Source of the DNA: an uncultured Alphaproteobacteria bacterium
Lineage (GTDB): Bacteria > Pseudomonadota > Alphaproteobacteria > Rhizobiales > Methyloligellaceae
Direction: 5' to 3'
Assembly: GCA_963825835.1 (NCBI GenBank)
Contig: CAWGVA010000010.1
Location: 26,990 to 90,989, forward strand
Length of the DNA: 64,000 nucleotides
Below the pieces are notes generated by a model. That model had not been told where the DNA came from. It worked only from the letters and a program-made list of their open reading frames with translations, and did no database searches. Made by a program: the position numbers and the translations under genes. Positions within the stretch are counted from its first letter, which is position 1, and every line of letters begins with the position of its first letter. This document shows positions 21,196 to 29,492 of this stretch, in pieces.

Positions 21196-22137
21196 CTATC
21201 GGCCGGCGGGTAAAGCTTCGTCGCTGCGCGAAAGCTCATCCATCATGCGTGCATAAAGAGAATAAGCGAGACGGTTTAAGCCAAGCCGCGCCGCCACGGC
21301 GCTCGGCAGAATGAAGCGCATGTAGACCGACAAGAGTCTGGCCGCGCGCTCCTGTTGCGGGAGCCGCTCCAGTATCGACGGCGCCACGAGATAATAGGCG
21401 GCGAGGGCGGCATGGCCGCCCGGCATGGCAATGAGCACGCGGTCGCGATAGCGGCGAAGGGTGCGGAGCTCGAAGCAATCGTCGCTCAAGCCAAGCACCT
21501 CGCAACAGGCGGTGGTCAGGAAGCAGCCTTTGGCCGGCGGCGTGCACTTCTTTTCGTCGAAGGATTTCGCCAGCTCGTCCTTGCGCTGCACCGCCCAGTC
21601 GAGAGCTTTGCGCAAATCTTCGCAGTTGAGCGTGAAGCTGCATTGCTCGGCGTTGCCAAGCTTCACCGCCATCTCCACCGATTTGGCCGAGCGGAACAGC
21701 GCTCCGGTCGCTAGCGGCAGGACGATGCTCACCTTGTCGTCGCGGATGTCGGTGCACACCCCGCAGAGTGGCTCGTCGATGGCAGTAGTACCGTCCTCGT
21801 TCTTGGCGATGATGCGATTGTCGGGCTTGACGAGAAAGTCTTTCGGCAGCGGCGTGCCGTCCGGATCGCCAAAGATCACGAGCTTCGCATCGTAGCTCGC
21901 CGCCACCTGAATCTCGGCGCGGAGATCGCAAGCGTCGTGATCGGAAAAGGTCACCTGGCCGATGCGGGCGCCGGCTTGCTTGTTGGTCGCCGTCCCCTTC
22001 CAATCGCCGAAGGCCTGCAGCGCGAAGCATTCCGGTGTTTTGGCGGCAAGAGCGCGCGGGACGAGCGGCACGAGGCGCGAGGTCCCGATCGCGGCGGCGA
22101 GCAGTCCGAGCATCCTGCGGCGCGTATTTAGAAGCAT
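21196..22137 (-). CDS. Hypothetical exported protein (Tat-like signal) with Cys-rich C-terminal module
   Basis: MLLNTRRRMLGLLAAAIG... twin-arginine-like leader. C-terminal CFLTTACCEVLGLSDDCFELRTLRRYRDRVL block. The overlapping 21236..22204 ORF has junk-like composition. Confidence 0.6.
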   Translation of the reverse strand: MLLNTRRRMLGLLAAAIGTSRLVPLVPRALAAKTPECFALQAFGDWKGTATNKQAGARIGQVTFSDHDACDLRAEIQVAASYDAKLVIFGDPDGTPLPKDFLVKPDNRIIAKNEDGTTAIDEPLCGVCTDIRDDKVSIVLPLATGALFRSAKSVEMAVKLGNAEQCSFTLNCEDLRKALDWAVQRKDELAKSFDEKKCTPPAKGCFLTTACCEVLGLSDDCFELRTLRRYRDRVLIAMPGGHAALAAYYLVAPSILERLPQQERAARLLSVYMRFILPSAVAARLGLNRLAYSLYARMMDELSRSDEALPAGR

Positions 22138-22255
22138 GTGCCGATCCCGAGAAACTGGCGCGCGAGGCGTGAGCCCCGCGGAAAACGGTCAATGCCTGTT
22201 TCACGAGAACGGCGGCTTGTCAAACCAGCTGTCGGGTGAGGGTATTAGACAAGAA

Positions 22256-22286
22256 GAAGCCCCGAGAAGAGGCATCCCGGGGCTTC
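22256..22286 (-). terminator. Candidate terminator downstream of the phasin gene
   Basis: GAAGCCCCG / CGGGGCTTC stem. On the minus strand it is followed by a T-rich TTCTTGTC. Confidence 0.4.
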
Positions 22287-22376
22287 GTCGCCGCAAATTC
22301 CCCTAAGTGCGCGGCTCAGACGGAGTCACCCTGGGGCAACCTCACAGACACCAAACGGGTCAGCTGGCGGCCTTCC

Positions 22377-22847
22377 TCAATCCAGGCCGCGCGTCATCTG
22401 TGTCTTGATCGGTTCGGCCGCGTCGGCGGTCACCTTGGTCGACAGCGTGCGCATCTCTTCGGCTTGGGATTGCAAGGCACTAATCTGGTTGCGCCAGTAG
22501 GTCGCGTGCAGTTCCATGGCTTCGGCGAGGTTCTTTGCCGCCGCCAATCTCTTTGCGAGGTCGAAGCCGGAATTGATGTTGCGCTGGGCGATGTCGATGA
22601 CCTTACGGTTGAGCGCCACGGCGCCCTGACCGACGGCGTCGAACGACCTTTCCCAGCTCTCGAGCACCGTGTCGAGCGCGTCCTTGGAGCGCTCATAGAT
22701 CTCGCGCGTTTGAGCGATGTTCTTTTCGGCCAAAGCGCGCATTGCCTCCGGCACCTGAGCGTCGCCGGCTAAGTCCTCGAATTGAGCAGCGGCCTTGCGA
22801 TACGTGTCGCGCGCCTTCTCGGCGGCAGCTTTTGAACTTTCGGTCAT
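22377..22847 (-). CDS. Phasin family protein (PHA granule-associated)
   Basis: 156-aa Ala/Glu/Lys-rich helical protein with a typical alphaproteobacterial phasin pattern (...VPEAMRALAEKNIAQTREIYERSKDA...NLAEAMELHATYWRNQ...). Confidence 0.8.
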   Translation of the reverse strand: MTESSKAAAEKARDTYRKAAAQFEDLAGDAQVPEAMRALAEKNIAQTREIYERSKDALDTVLESWERSFDAVGQGAVALNRKVIDIAQRNINSGFDLAKRLAAAKNLAEAMELHATYWRNQISALQSQAEEMRTLSTKVTADAAEPIKTQMTRGLD

Positions 22848-23178
22848 GGTACTGGCCTCTTGGGGTTACGCAGAAGGTTAGCAGGGGCTGGACGACCCGA
22901 GCCGGCACGCTTCCATGCGCAAAAGCCGGGCCGCCATTGGGCAGGGTAAGACCTTGGCGAGAGACTTTGCAAGCGTGGCGCGCAAACGCGCTTCGCGCCC
23001 CGCAAACCGAGTTCTCAACACTATGGGTTAAGCGCTTCGAACTCGGCGCTTCTTACCCGTGATCGCTGGCGGCGCGCGAGGCGAAGACCGTAACTCCCAC
23101 GCGGGGCACATTTTGCGCCGCGCATGCAATCTTGGATGTGAGGCGCTTTGCGGCGAGCAACGAAGGCGGGATCGACGG

Positions 23179-23252
23179 TGGCTGGGGGACTTGGATTCGA
23201 ACCAAGACTGGCGGAGTCAGAGTCCGCTGTCCTACCGTTAGACGATCCCCCA
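23179..23252 (-). tRNA. tRNA-Gln (anticodon CUG), CCA encoded
   Basis: Minus strand reads TGGGGGA-TC-GTCT-AACGGTA-GGAC-A-GCGGA-CTCTGAC-TCCGC-CAGT-CTTGG-TTCGAAT-CCAAG-TCCCCCA-G-CCA. Full cloverleaf, 74 nt. Confidence 0.9.
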
Positions 23253-23323
23253 GTATTTCACATTTGGATCAACGAGATGGGTTTTCCAATCATTGACAAG
23301 TTTTCCAATCTTCCACATTTCGT
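23253..23323. repeat. AT-rich junction between tRNA-Gln and the integrase remnant, with an 11-nt direct repeat
   Basis: GTTTTCCAATC occurs at 23281-23291 and 23300-23310. Confidence 0.5.
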
Positions 23324-24339
23324 TCAGGCCCCACGTTCGCTGGACGTTCGCTCTTTTAGTCGTCGCTGCGCCGATTTTGCAAGTTTCTTCTGATCGGCAA
23401 AGCGGCTGTAGCGCATGATCATCGCTGGCGACATGCCGGTGATGCTCTCGATCTCGTGCGCGTTGCATCCGGCCTCACGCAGTTTCTCGACGCTCGACGC
23501 GCGGAGCCCGTATGTAGCCTTCCTTCCTGATCCCGCCTGCAGGCGTGCCATTCATCAGCCGCGTCCACGCAGCCTGGGAGCGGTCTGTGTTGTATGCTTC
23601 GCCCTTCGGCGTCTGCAACGAAGGGGGAGCAGCTCCAGCCCTCCAGCGCACCCACCAAATCGTCGTGAAGGGGCACCCACAACTCCTTGCCGGTCTTCTG
23701 CTGCACCACGTTGATCCCGCCGTCCTCAACGTCGCTTGGGGCCATACGCAGCACATCAGACTGTCTCTGGCCGGTGTATCGAGCCAGCAGAACAGCACGG
23801 CGCACATCCTCCCTCGCATGCTCCTCAATCAAGCTGTAGGCCCACACAGGCCACGGTCGAGCACCTTCTTCATCCGTCTCCAGCTTGGGCACATACACGC
23901 ACGGGTTCGTCTCACAGAACTCGCGCGGGATGCCCCAGTTGACCAGCGTCTTCAGGACCGCAAGAAGATGGTTCGCGGCGACCGGCGTGCTTGCCCATTT
24001 GTCGCGCAGACCGATGACGTGCTTCGGTCTGAGGTCGCTGACCAGCAGCTCTCCCCACGCCTTCGATATGATTTCGAGGTAGCGCAGGTAGTCGCGCTTC
24101 GTCGAAGCAGCTCGCTTGTCGAACTCAGGCGACACCTTGTACGCTAGGATCAGGTCGTTGAAGCTCCTGCAGGTCGAGACGTCGCCATTGAGCTGGATCT
24201 TGTAAGCAGCCCAGAACTCGACTGTGTGCGGTCCACCAGGGAGCTTTACGCTCGGCCCTGCCGACGCGTCGCGGACAAGGCCTACAACTACGACAAGCCG
24301 ATGCCCAATTGGTGGTAGTTCGCTGCCGCAGAAGCAGGA
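23324..24339 (-). pseudogene. Tyrosine recombinase (phage-type integrase), at least 2 frameshifts and no usable start
   Basis: Integrase-like sequence is spread over three minus-strand frames. These are ...LPGGPHTVEFWAAYK...VSPEFDKRAASTKRDYLRYLE..RYTGQRQSDV.., then ..TPKGEAYNTDRSQAAWTRLMNGTPAG.., then ..YGLRASSVEKLREAGCNAHEIESITGMSPAMIMRYSRF. A stop lies at 24340-24342 upstream of the N-terminal segment. Confidence 0.8.
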
Positions 24340-24394
24340 CTAGGGCCACAGACGAGGCGTCGGAACGGGGGCCGCGAGCCTATTGCCGTAGGAT

Positions 24395-24880
24395 TTAAAA
24401 CACCTGCTGCATGGGTCGAAGTTCCGGCCTTAGGTACTGAGTAAAGTTCTTGAAGTCTGCAACGAGATGGTCATACAGCGCCGTCCGATCCCGTTCTCCT
24501 ATCTTTTCCTGCGCAGTTAAGGTCCGCTGATCAGTGAGGTGTGAAATCTGCTTATTGATTTTTGCGATTAGCGCCTTTCTCTCCTCCGAGTTCGGGGGCA
24601 ACTTGTAGTCGCCCACGGTAAAGTCGCTTGCCTTGAGAGCGTGATCCCACCCAACTTCCAGGAAAAACTCGTTGAGGTTGCGCGTGGAGTGCAAAATGCC
24701 TCGATTAGTGCATTCTGAATGACCGTGTCGCCGATCCTCGCCAAAAGCCTCTTGTGAGTTTCGGCGAGCATCCAAAATTCGTAGAACAAGTAACGTAGTT
24801 GCTCCTTCTTGATGTCGTCGGGGACTGTTCACCTGCGTCTCCACATCAGGAACCCGGCTCGCGAAAGAACGCATTTGCAA
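24395..24880 (-). pseudogene. Hypothetical gene, probably frameshifted
   Basis: Protein-like sequence switches frame. MFYEFWMLAETHKRLLARIGDTVIQNALIEAF (ORF 24568..24789) continues sensibly as ..STRNLNEFFLEVGWDHALKASDF...ISHLTDQRTL... in ORF 24395..24880. Confidence 0.4.
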
Positions 24881-24895
24881 AAGGAACCGCTTTAC

Positions 24896-25687
24896 TCATC
24901 CTAGCGGCGGGCTTTGATCGGTTGCATTGCCATATTCGTGGTAGCGAGCATATTTTCTCTCGACATCGTATTTGCCAATTTCTCCGTCGCCTCGCATAAC
25001 CCAATTGTAACGATGGCAGAAACGGGTCCAGCGGTCTTTGCCCAATCCATCTTGGTAGGCAACCATCCCCCACACGTATAAAAAGACCGGGCTTTCTTCA
25101 GAGCGCACTCTTATTGGGTTTCCACTTTGCGCGTTGAGTTCTGCGACAAGCATTTTCGTACTGGTCGCCCGGGGCATGATCACTCCTGGCGGAACGACCG
25201 CGTCACCGTGGAATGCACCTATTGCGAATTCCTTCTCGGCCCTATCGGGAGATGCCTTCATGTCAAGAAACCAGCGAACGTTATGAGCTGGTAGGTGACC
25301 AGTGTTATGTACCCCAACGTGGCCCAGCACGCCGGCACCTCCGACAACCATCAGGATGCCATCGGGCTCAACGCTGATGTATGCACGCTGAGTTGCCCTG
25401 AGGAATTTGGCCTGATCGTGCGCAATGGACGCGAATGCATCCGAAGCACGGCGCAGTTTTTTGCTGAAAATAGCATACGCAATAACAAGCAGGACGAGAG
25501 CAAGGATAAGAAGAAGAACAATCAGCCCAGCCGAAACGGCTTGCACTGAGCCAGAGTGTTTGTCGAGCCATTGGGTGATGAGGGTTGTGTTGAAACTCTG
25601 GATAGACAAAAGCCCCCATAGGCCCCCAATTAAGATTGAAATCAGCCAAACTCCGAATACCCAAAGCCAGGACTTTGACATAGGCAT
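24896..25687 (-). CDS. Hypothetical membrane protein (2 N-terminal TM helices plus soluble domain)
   Basis: 263-aa ORF with natural composition in a low-GC region. TM segments WLWVFGVWLISILIGGLWGLL and AGLIVLLLILALVLLVIAYAIF. No family recognised. Confidence 0.55.
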   Translation of the reverse strand: MPMSKSWLWVFGVWLISILIGGLWGLLSIQSFNTTLITQWLDKHSGSVQAVSAGLIVLLLILALVLLVIAYAIFSKKLRRASDAFASIAHDQAKFLRATQRAYISVEPDGILMVVGGAGVLGHVGVHNTGHLPAHNVRWFLDMKASPDRAEKEFAIGAFHGDAVVPPGVIMPRATSTKMLVAELNAQSGNPIRVRSEESPVFLYVWGMVAYQDGLGKDRWTRFCHRYNWVMRGDGEIGKYDVERKYARYHEYGNATDQSPPLG

Positions 25688-26000
25688 CCTGTACTAGCGG
25701 TTTTCTAGATGGTAGCGAAGCTCGGTAGGATGTGCGCCTGAGACGGCCTTCGCATATTTTTTTGCCACGCAGGCCGAGGCGCTTATCCGGGTGAGCCCAA
25801 CAAGAACACGGATATTACCACGACGATGATACCGCCCCACACAAAAGCGGTGATCATGTCACTAACCCATTGCCAGTCGAGCTTCATGACGCCAGACAAC
25901 GCCATCGAGAAGCCGAACATGTTACTTGAATTGCCGGTGGTGAGGTAGGATGCGGTGAGACGAGAGTTAACCGCACCGTTCGGGAGGTTAAAATTGGACC

Positions 26001-26336
26001 TTATTCCGTCCGAGCGCGATCCGCGCCCCTGCCCCCGAGCGGCTCAAGGTCGCGTCGCATTGATTGCAAACCGATGTCGCCATCATGGGCAGCTTCTTCC
26101 TCGCGCTTGGCGGTGAGCGACTGCTGAGCATCTATTCGTGAGCCGAAGCGATATGGCTCGTTTGAATTCGCAGGCGCTTGAGAGAGTGAAGCCTCTAAGC
26201 CCTCTACGCTGTTTGCGAGCCTCGTCCAATCCTCGGCCATATCTAGAAATTTTTGGCGCTGTTCTCCAGGTGGAAAAGTCTCAGCCGTTTGCGTGCATTT
26301 CGATGCGTGCTCGCGGCAAGTTTTCGGATTAAGCAT
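26001..26336 (-). CDS. Hypothetical small protein
   Basis: 111-aa ORF preceded by GGGAGGAAGG SD. N-terminus MLNPKTCREHASKCTQTAETF resembles small rhizobial proteins of unknown function. Confidence 0.5.
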   Translation of the reverse strand: MLNPKTCREHASKCTQTAETFPPGEQRQKFLDMAEDWTRLANSVEGLEASLSQAPANSNEPYRFGSRIDAQQSLTAKREEEAAHDGDIGLQSMRRDLEPLGGRGADRARTE

Positions 26337-26649
26337 GGCCTTCCTCCCTATAAGGAGGACAAGGCGGCTTTCTGATGGACGGATAGGAGGAGCCGCCTTG
26401 TCCGGCGCTGGCCCGCTAGTACGAGGAGCGGTTCCACATCAGCGCGTTGGGAGGCTCGGTTCACATTTCGGCAGAGTAATGACGTAATTGCGAAAGTGTA
26501 TGGAAACGTACAATGTTTTGACTTTTGAGAACGGCTAACTTCTGCGACATGACCGATGATGAGCTAGCTGCCATCGCATCAGGCGCTAAACTCACGGTGA
26601 TCAAGTGAGTTGGCTACCTCCACGCCCCAGAGTGGATGATAGTCGAGAG

Positions 26650-26922
26650 TTATGACACGTTCCGCCCCACCGTCCCGAGCACCAACTCAAGTGGGATTAC
26701 GGTCTCGTCATTCGACGTGGGAAACCCACCTAGCACGCGCACACGATAGGCATCGCTGGCGTCACCGTACTTGTCCTTTATGTCTTCGATGTGCCCCTGA
26801 GCCCTCGGGACATCGAGGCAGTTGACGTGCATCGTGTGCCAACGGCGCCTCAGGCTATGATGCGCAAAAGTAAGGGTGGCCGGGTTTCTCGTGAGGCCAT
26901 AAGAATCCGTCTGAGCGCTCAA
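26650..26922 (-). pseudogene. Phage terminase large-subunit-like fragment
   Basis: The 90-aa ORF contains ...KDKYGDASDAYRVRVLGGFPTSNDETVIPLELV..., resembling the segment after the ATPase domain of TerL proteins. Far too short to be functional. Confidence 0.35.
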
Positions 26923-27255
26923 GCTTATGGGGTCTAGGCTGCGTCGCTCCCCCTACAAGCGACACCCATGCTCGGGCTCATGGTGGTGCTCGCCGCAGGC
27001 GTGCTGAGCGGCCTTGAGCCCGGCATGCATGCCCACCCAGCTGCCACCGTCGCGAGCGCTCCGTTAACCATGCCTTAACCTAGTTGCACGCTGCGCGCCA
27101 AGTTTATGGTAAATTGCTTATTACTGATGGTGAGTGCGCTGCGAGGAGTGCCCCCCCGTTTCCTTTCAGCCCGGCAAGCAGCTATGCCGGCACTCATCAG
27201 CAGCTGATGGCGGCCTATCCCTCGGCCCCCCAAGCCGCAAGCCGCTAAAAAGCTT

Positions 27256-27290
27256 GGGCCGGAGCTCAACCCTCCGGCCCCCTCTTTTTT
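27256..27290 (+). terminator. Orphan intrinsic terminator
   Basis: GGGCCGGAG-ctcaacc-CTCCGGCCC then CCTCTTTTTT. No credible plus-strand CDS upstream. Confidence 0.6.
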
Positions 27291-27625
27291 GGGCACGCAA
27301 GCGTGCGGCCTCGGCTTTACCCACTTTGCCGCCCAACCCCCCGAGTCGAACGGACTAGTGAAGCCCGACGCACGTGGAGTGACGCCAATTGTTCCAAGAT
27401 CACCAACGGCAAGCGGGGTCTTGGGGAGCGCAGACCGAAGCCACAAAAAGAAGCCTCGGAGGCTAATGGCACCCCGAGGCTTCTAAACTCGTTACGCGAA
27501 ACTTGGGACCGGCAGTTCGCAGGAAGTTAGGCTACCGAGTCCGCGTACGTATCAATAACCGATGCGTCTTCCCTTAGTTCCAGGGCGACGCCAGGAGCAT
27601 TCGAGCACATGACTTTACGGCCAGT

Positions 27626-27688
27626 GGGGGTGGGGTGTCCGGGTGTGCCCGTGGATTAGGATCCATAGCCTGCCCCCAATGCGTGACC
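27626..27688 (+). repeat. Island hairpin element, copy A
   Basis: GGGGGTGGGGTGTCCGGGTGTGCCC-GTGGATTAGGATCCATAGCCT-GCCCCCAATGCGTGACC. About 105 nt upstream of ORF 27792. Confidence 0.7.
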
Positions 27689-27791
27689 TACAGGCCCCCG
27701 GGGAGCTAGCCGCGGCTATAAATCATCTGTTCACCCTTCCTCAACCATATCGCGGTGTGATCAACGTGCAGCAACCGAATAACCCACTGCC

Positions 27792-28610
27792 ATGTCCGAG
27801 AAGCGATTTCTCTTATTCTTTGGCGCGCCTGCAATCAGCGTCATCTTGATCTGCGCGACCCTGTTTCTTCTGCCGGCCTCATCAGGGGATTCTCCAAAAA
27901 GCGAGGTCGAGCCGCCTGAACTGACAGCGGCGAACTCAGCACAGCTTTCGATCCATGCAAAATCGGTCAGCACCATTCGTGGCGGAGCGGACCTGAAAAC
28001 TCCCACAGCACTCCCCTCGTCAGAGTCCAGAGAGCCGGATTACGTCGCGTCTATTTTGGAACAATCACAAAGCCGGGAAGAACCCGCCAACGAGGCGAGT
28101 ACGCCCACACTATCGCTGGCGGGGACCGACCCAGCTTCGTCAAAAGACGCCTCGTCGCTCCGCGCGGCAGCCAGTGAACCGAAGGTAGTCGCTCCCCCTA
28201 AACGCCAGGAAACCGCTGCCTTAGAGTCCCACGACAAACCGTCCTGGAAAGCTATGGCGCTTGCCTCGAACGAAAAGCAGCCATCGCCGTCACTCTTGAA
28301 AGCTACGACCCCGGGAGAGAATGTCGTCACCTATGGAGCAAAGGTTAGGGCGTTCCTTGCGCGCCAACCCAGAGCTGTGGGGCCACCCGGCACCGCAACG
28401 GTAACTTTCGCCATTAGTGCACGCGGCACGCTTCGGTACGCGCGAATCGAACATTCAAGCGACAGTGCTGCGCTCGACGAAATGGCCCTTGCGACTGTGC
28501 AAAATGCAGCGCCGTTTCCACCGCCCCCGAAAACCCTGAATGACGAAGCCTTGTCTTACTCGATTCAAATTGGTTTTCGAGACCCGGACGCTCCGCGGAC
28601 ACAAAATTGA
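27792..28610 (+). CDS. TonB C-terminal domain protein
   Basis: N-terminal TM (FLLFFGAPAISVILICATLFLL) and a Ser/Pro/Ala-rich linker. C-terminal GTATVTFAISARGTLRYARIEHSSDSAALDEMALATVQNAAPFPPPP matches the TonB_C pattern. Confidence 0.65.
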   Translation: MSEKRFLLFFGAPAISVILICATLFLLPASSGDSPKSEVEPPELTAANSAQLSIHAKSVSTIRGGADLKTPTALPSSESREPDYVASILEQSQSREEPANEASTPTLSLAGTDPASSKDASSLRAAASEPKVVAPPKRQETAALESHDKPSWKAMALASNEKQPSPSLLKATTPGENVVTYGAKVRAFLARQPRAVGPPGTATVTFAISARGTLRYARIEHSSDSAALDEMALATVQNAAPFPPPPKTLNDEALSYSIQIGFRDPDAPRTQN

Positions 28611-28927
28611 GCCTCCCGCGCCTTTGGCGGACACTGCGGGTGCAATAGGCTCAGTCGTCGCCCCACTTCGGACGGGGACGGACAAAAGCTTGAGGCGGCC
28701 TTGCGAGGCCGCGATGGCGGCGATCCGCCTAATGTAACTTGGATATGGCGCCGACTGATCTACCATCCGCGCGACTGGCAAATTGAGGAGGCAACCGGCA
28801 CAGGGGCCAACGTTCCTTCCGGTAGCGGGGGCTTCATGAACTTATAATGAGAAGTTCATGTTACCCGATATTGTTCAGGTTCGCTGGCACTCCATCTATC
28901 GCCCGCCAAGATTTGGAGGAAGCGAAG

Positions 28928-29155
28928 ATGGGTACTCTGGTCTTTGTCTGTCCCAACTCAGGCCGCGAAGTTTTCACCGGACTTGAAATTGATTCAGCGA
29001 GCTTTCAGGGCCTGCCCAAGGTGCTCGCAGAGATAAACTGTTCTGACTGCTGTGAAACCCATAACCTGTTCGAGGTTCGATCGCGACTGGTCGCGACTCC
29101 GCCGGAGGGGTCCAACCACGCCCTGCCAGGAACACCCGATCCTATCGCGGATTGA
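28928..29155 (+). CDS. Small Cys-containing hypothetical protein (zinc-ribbon-like CPxxG...CSDCC)
   Basis: ATG preceded by GGAGGAAGCGAAG. 75 aa. Confidence 0.5.
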   Translation: MGTLVFVCPNSGREVFTGLEIDSASFQGLPKVLAEINCSDCCETHNLFEVRSRLVATPPEGSNHALPGTPDPIAD

Positions 29156-29159
29156 ATCA

Positions 29160-29492
29160 ATGTCGGCAGGCCAGATTGGCGAACAACATCCCGCGTTTGT
29201 GGCAGAACCCAATCTTATGGCGATCCTCAACGGGTTGATTGTAGCGGTGTTCCTGATCTTATTGGTGGCTTCGGTAGCGGTGGTAGGATCGATGATCGCC
29301 TTAACATTATTCGATCTGGCCCTCAGCAGGAAACGGCCATCGGGCACTACCGCTGTGATAGACAGCGATCCTGAAATTACTAATCGCTCCAATCTTGAAA
29401 TGGCATTTAGCAATTGGCGGCGTGAAAGGGGCGGCGAAGCAGCGAGCGGGAACAACCAAGTCTTAGACGGTCGGCCCCGCCCGCTCGGTTAA
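29160..29492 (+). CDS. Hypothetical single-TM protein
   Basis: Starts 4 nt after the previous stop. TM segment ILNGLIVAVFLILLVASVAVVGSMIALTLF. Confidence 0.4.
   Translation: MSAGQIGEQHPAFVAEPNLMAILNGLIVAVFLILLVASVAVVGSMIALTLFDLALSRKRPSGTTAVIDSDPEITNRSNLEMAFSNWRRERGGEAASGNNQVLDGRPRPLG

Noticed and set aside
21236-22204. 322-aa ORF overlapping the 21196..22137 gene in another frame.
   Set aside because: Arg/Ala/Gly/Pro-dominated junk composition typical of off-frame translation in GC-rich DNA. The 313-aa frame has a signal peptide and balanced composition.
22848-23178. PhaR-type operator or small RNA in the 330-bp phasin upstream region.
   Set aside because: Several short GC palindromes such as TTGCGCCGCGCATGCAA are present. 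None matches a defined consensus convincingly by eye.
27450-27483. 10-bp hairpin GAAGCCTCGG...CCGAGGCTTC with A/T-rich flanks as a minus-strand terminator.
   Set aside because: There is no credible minus-strand gene upstream of it (27761..28006 is antisense to the TonB-like gene), so a role cannot be supported.
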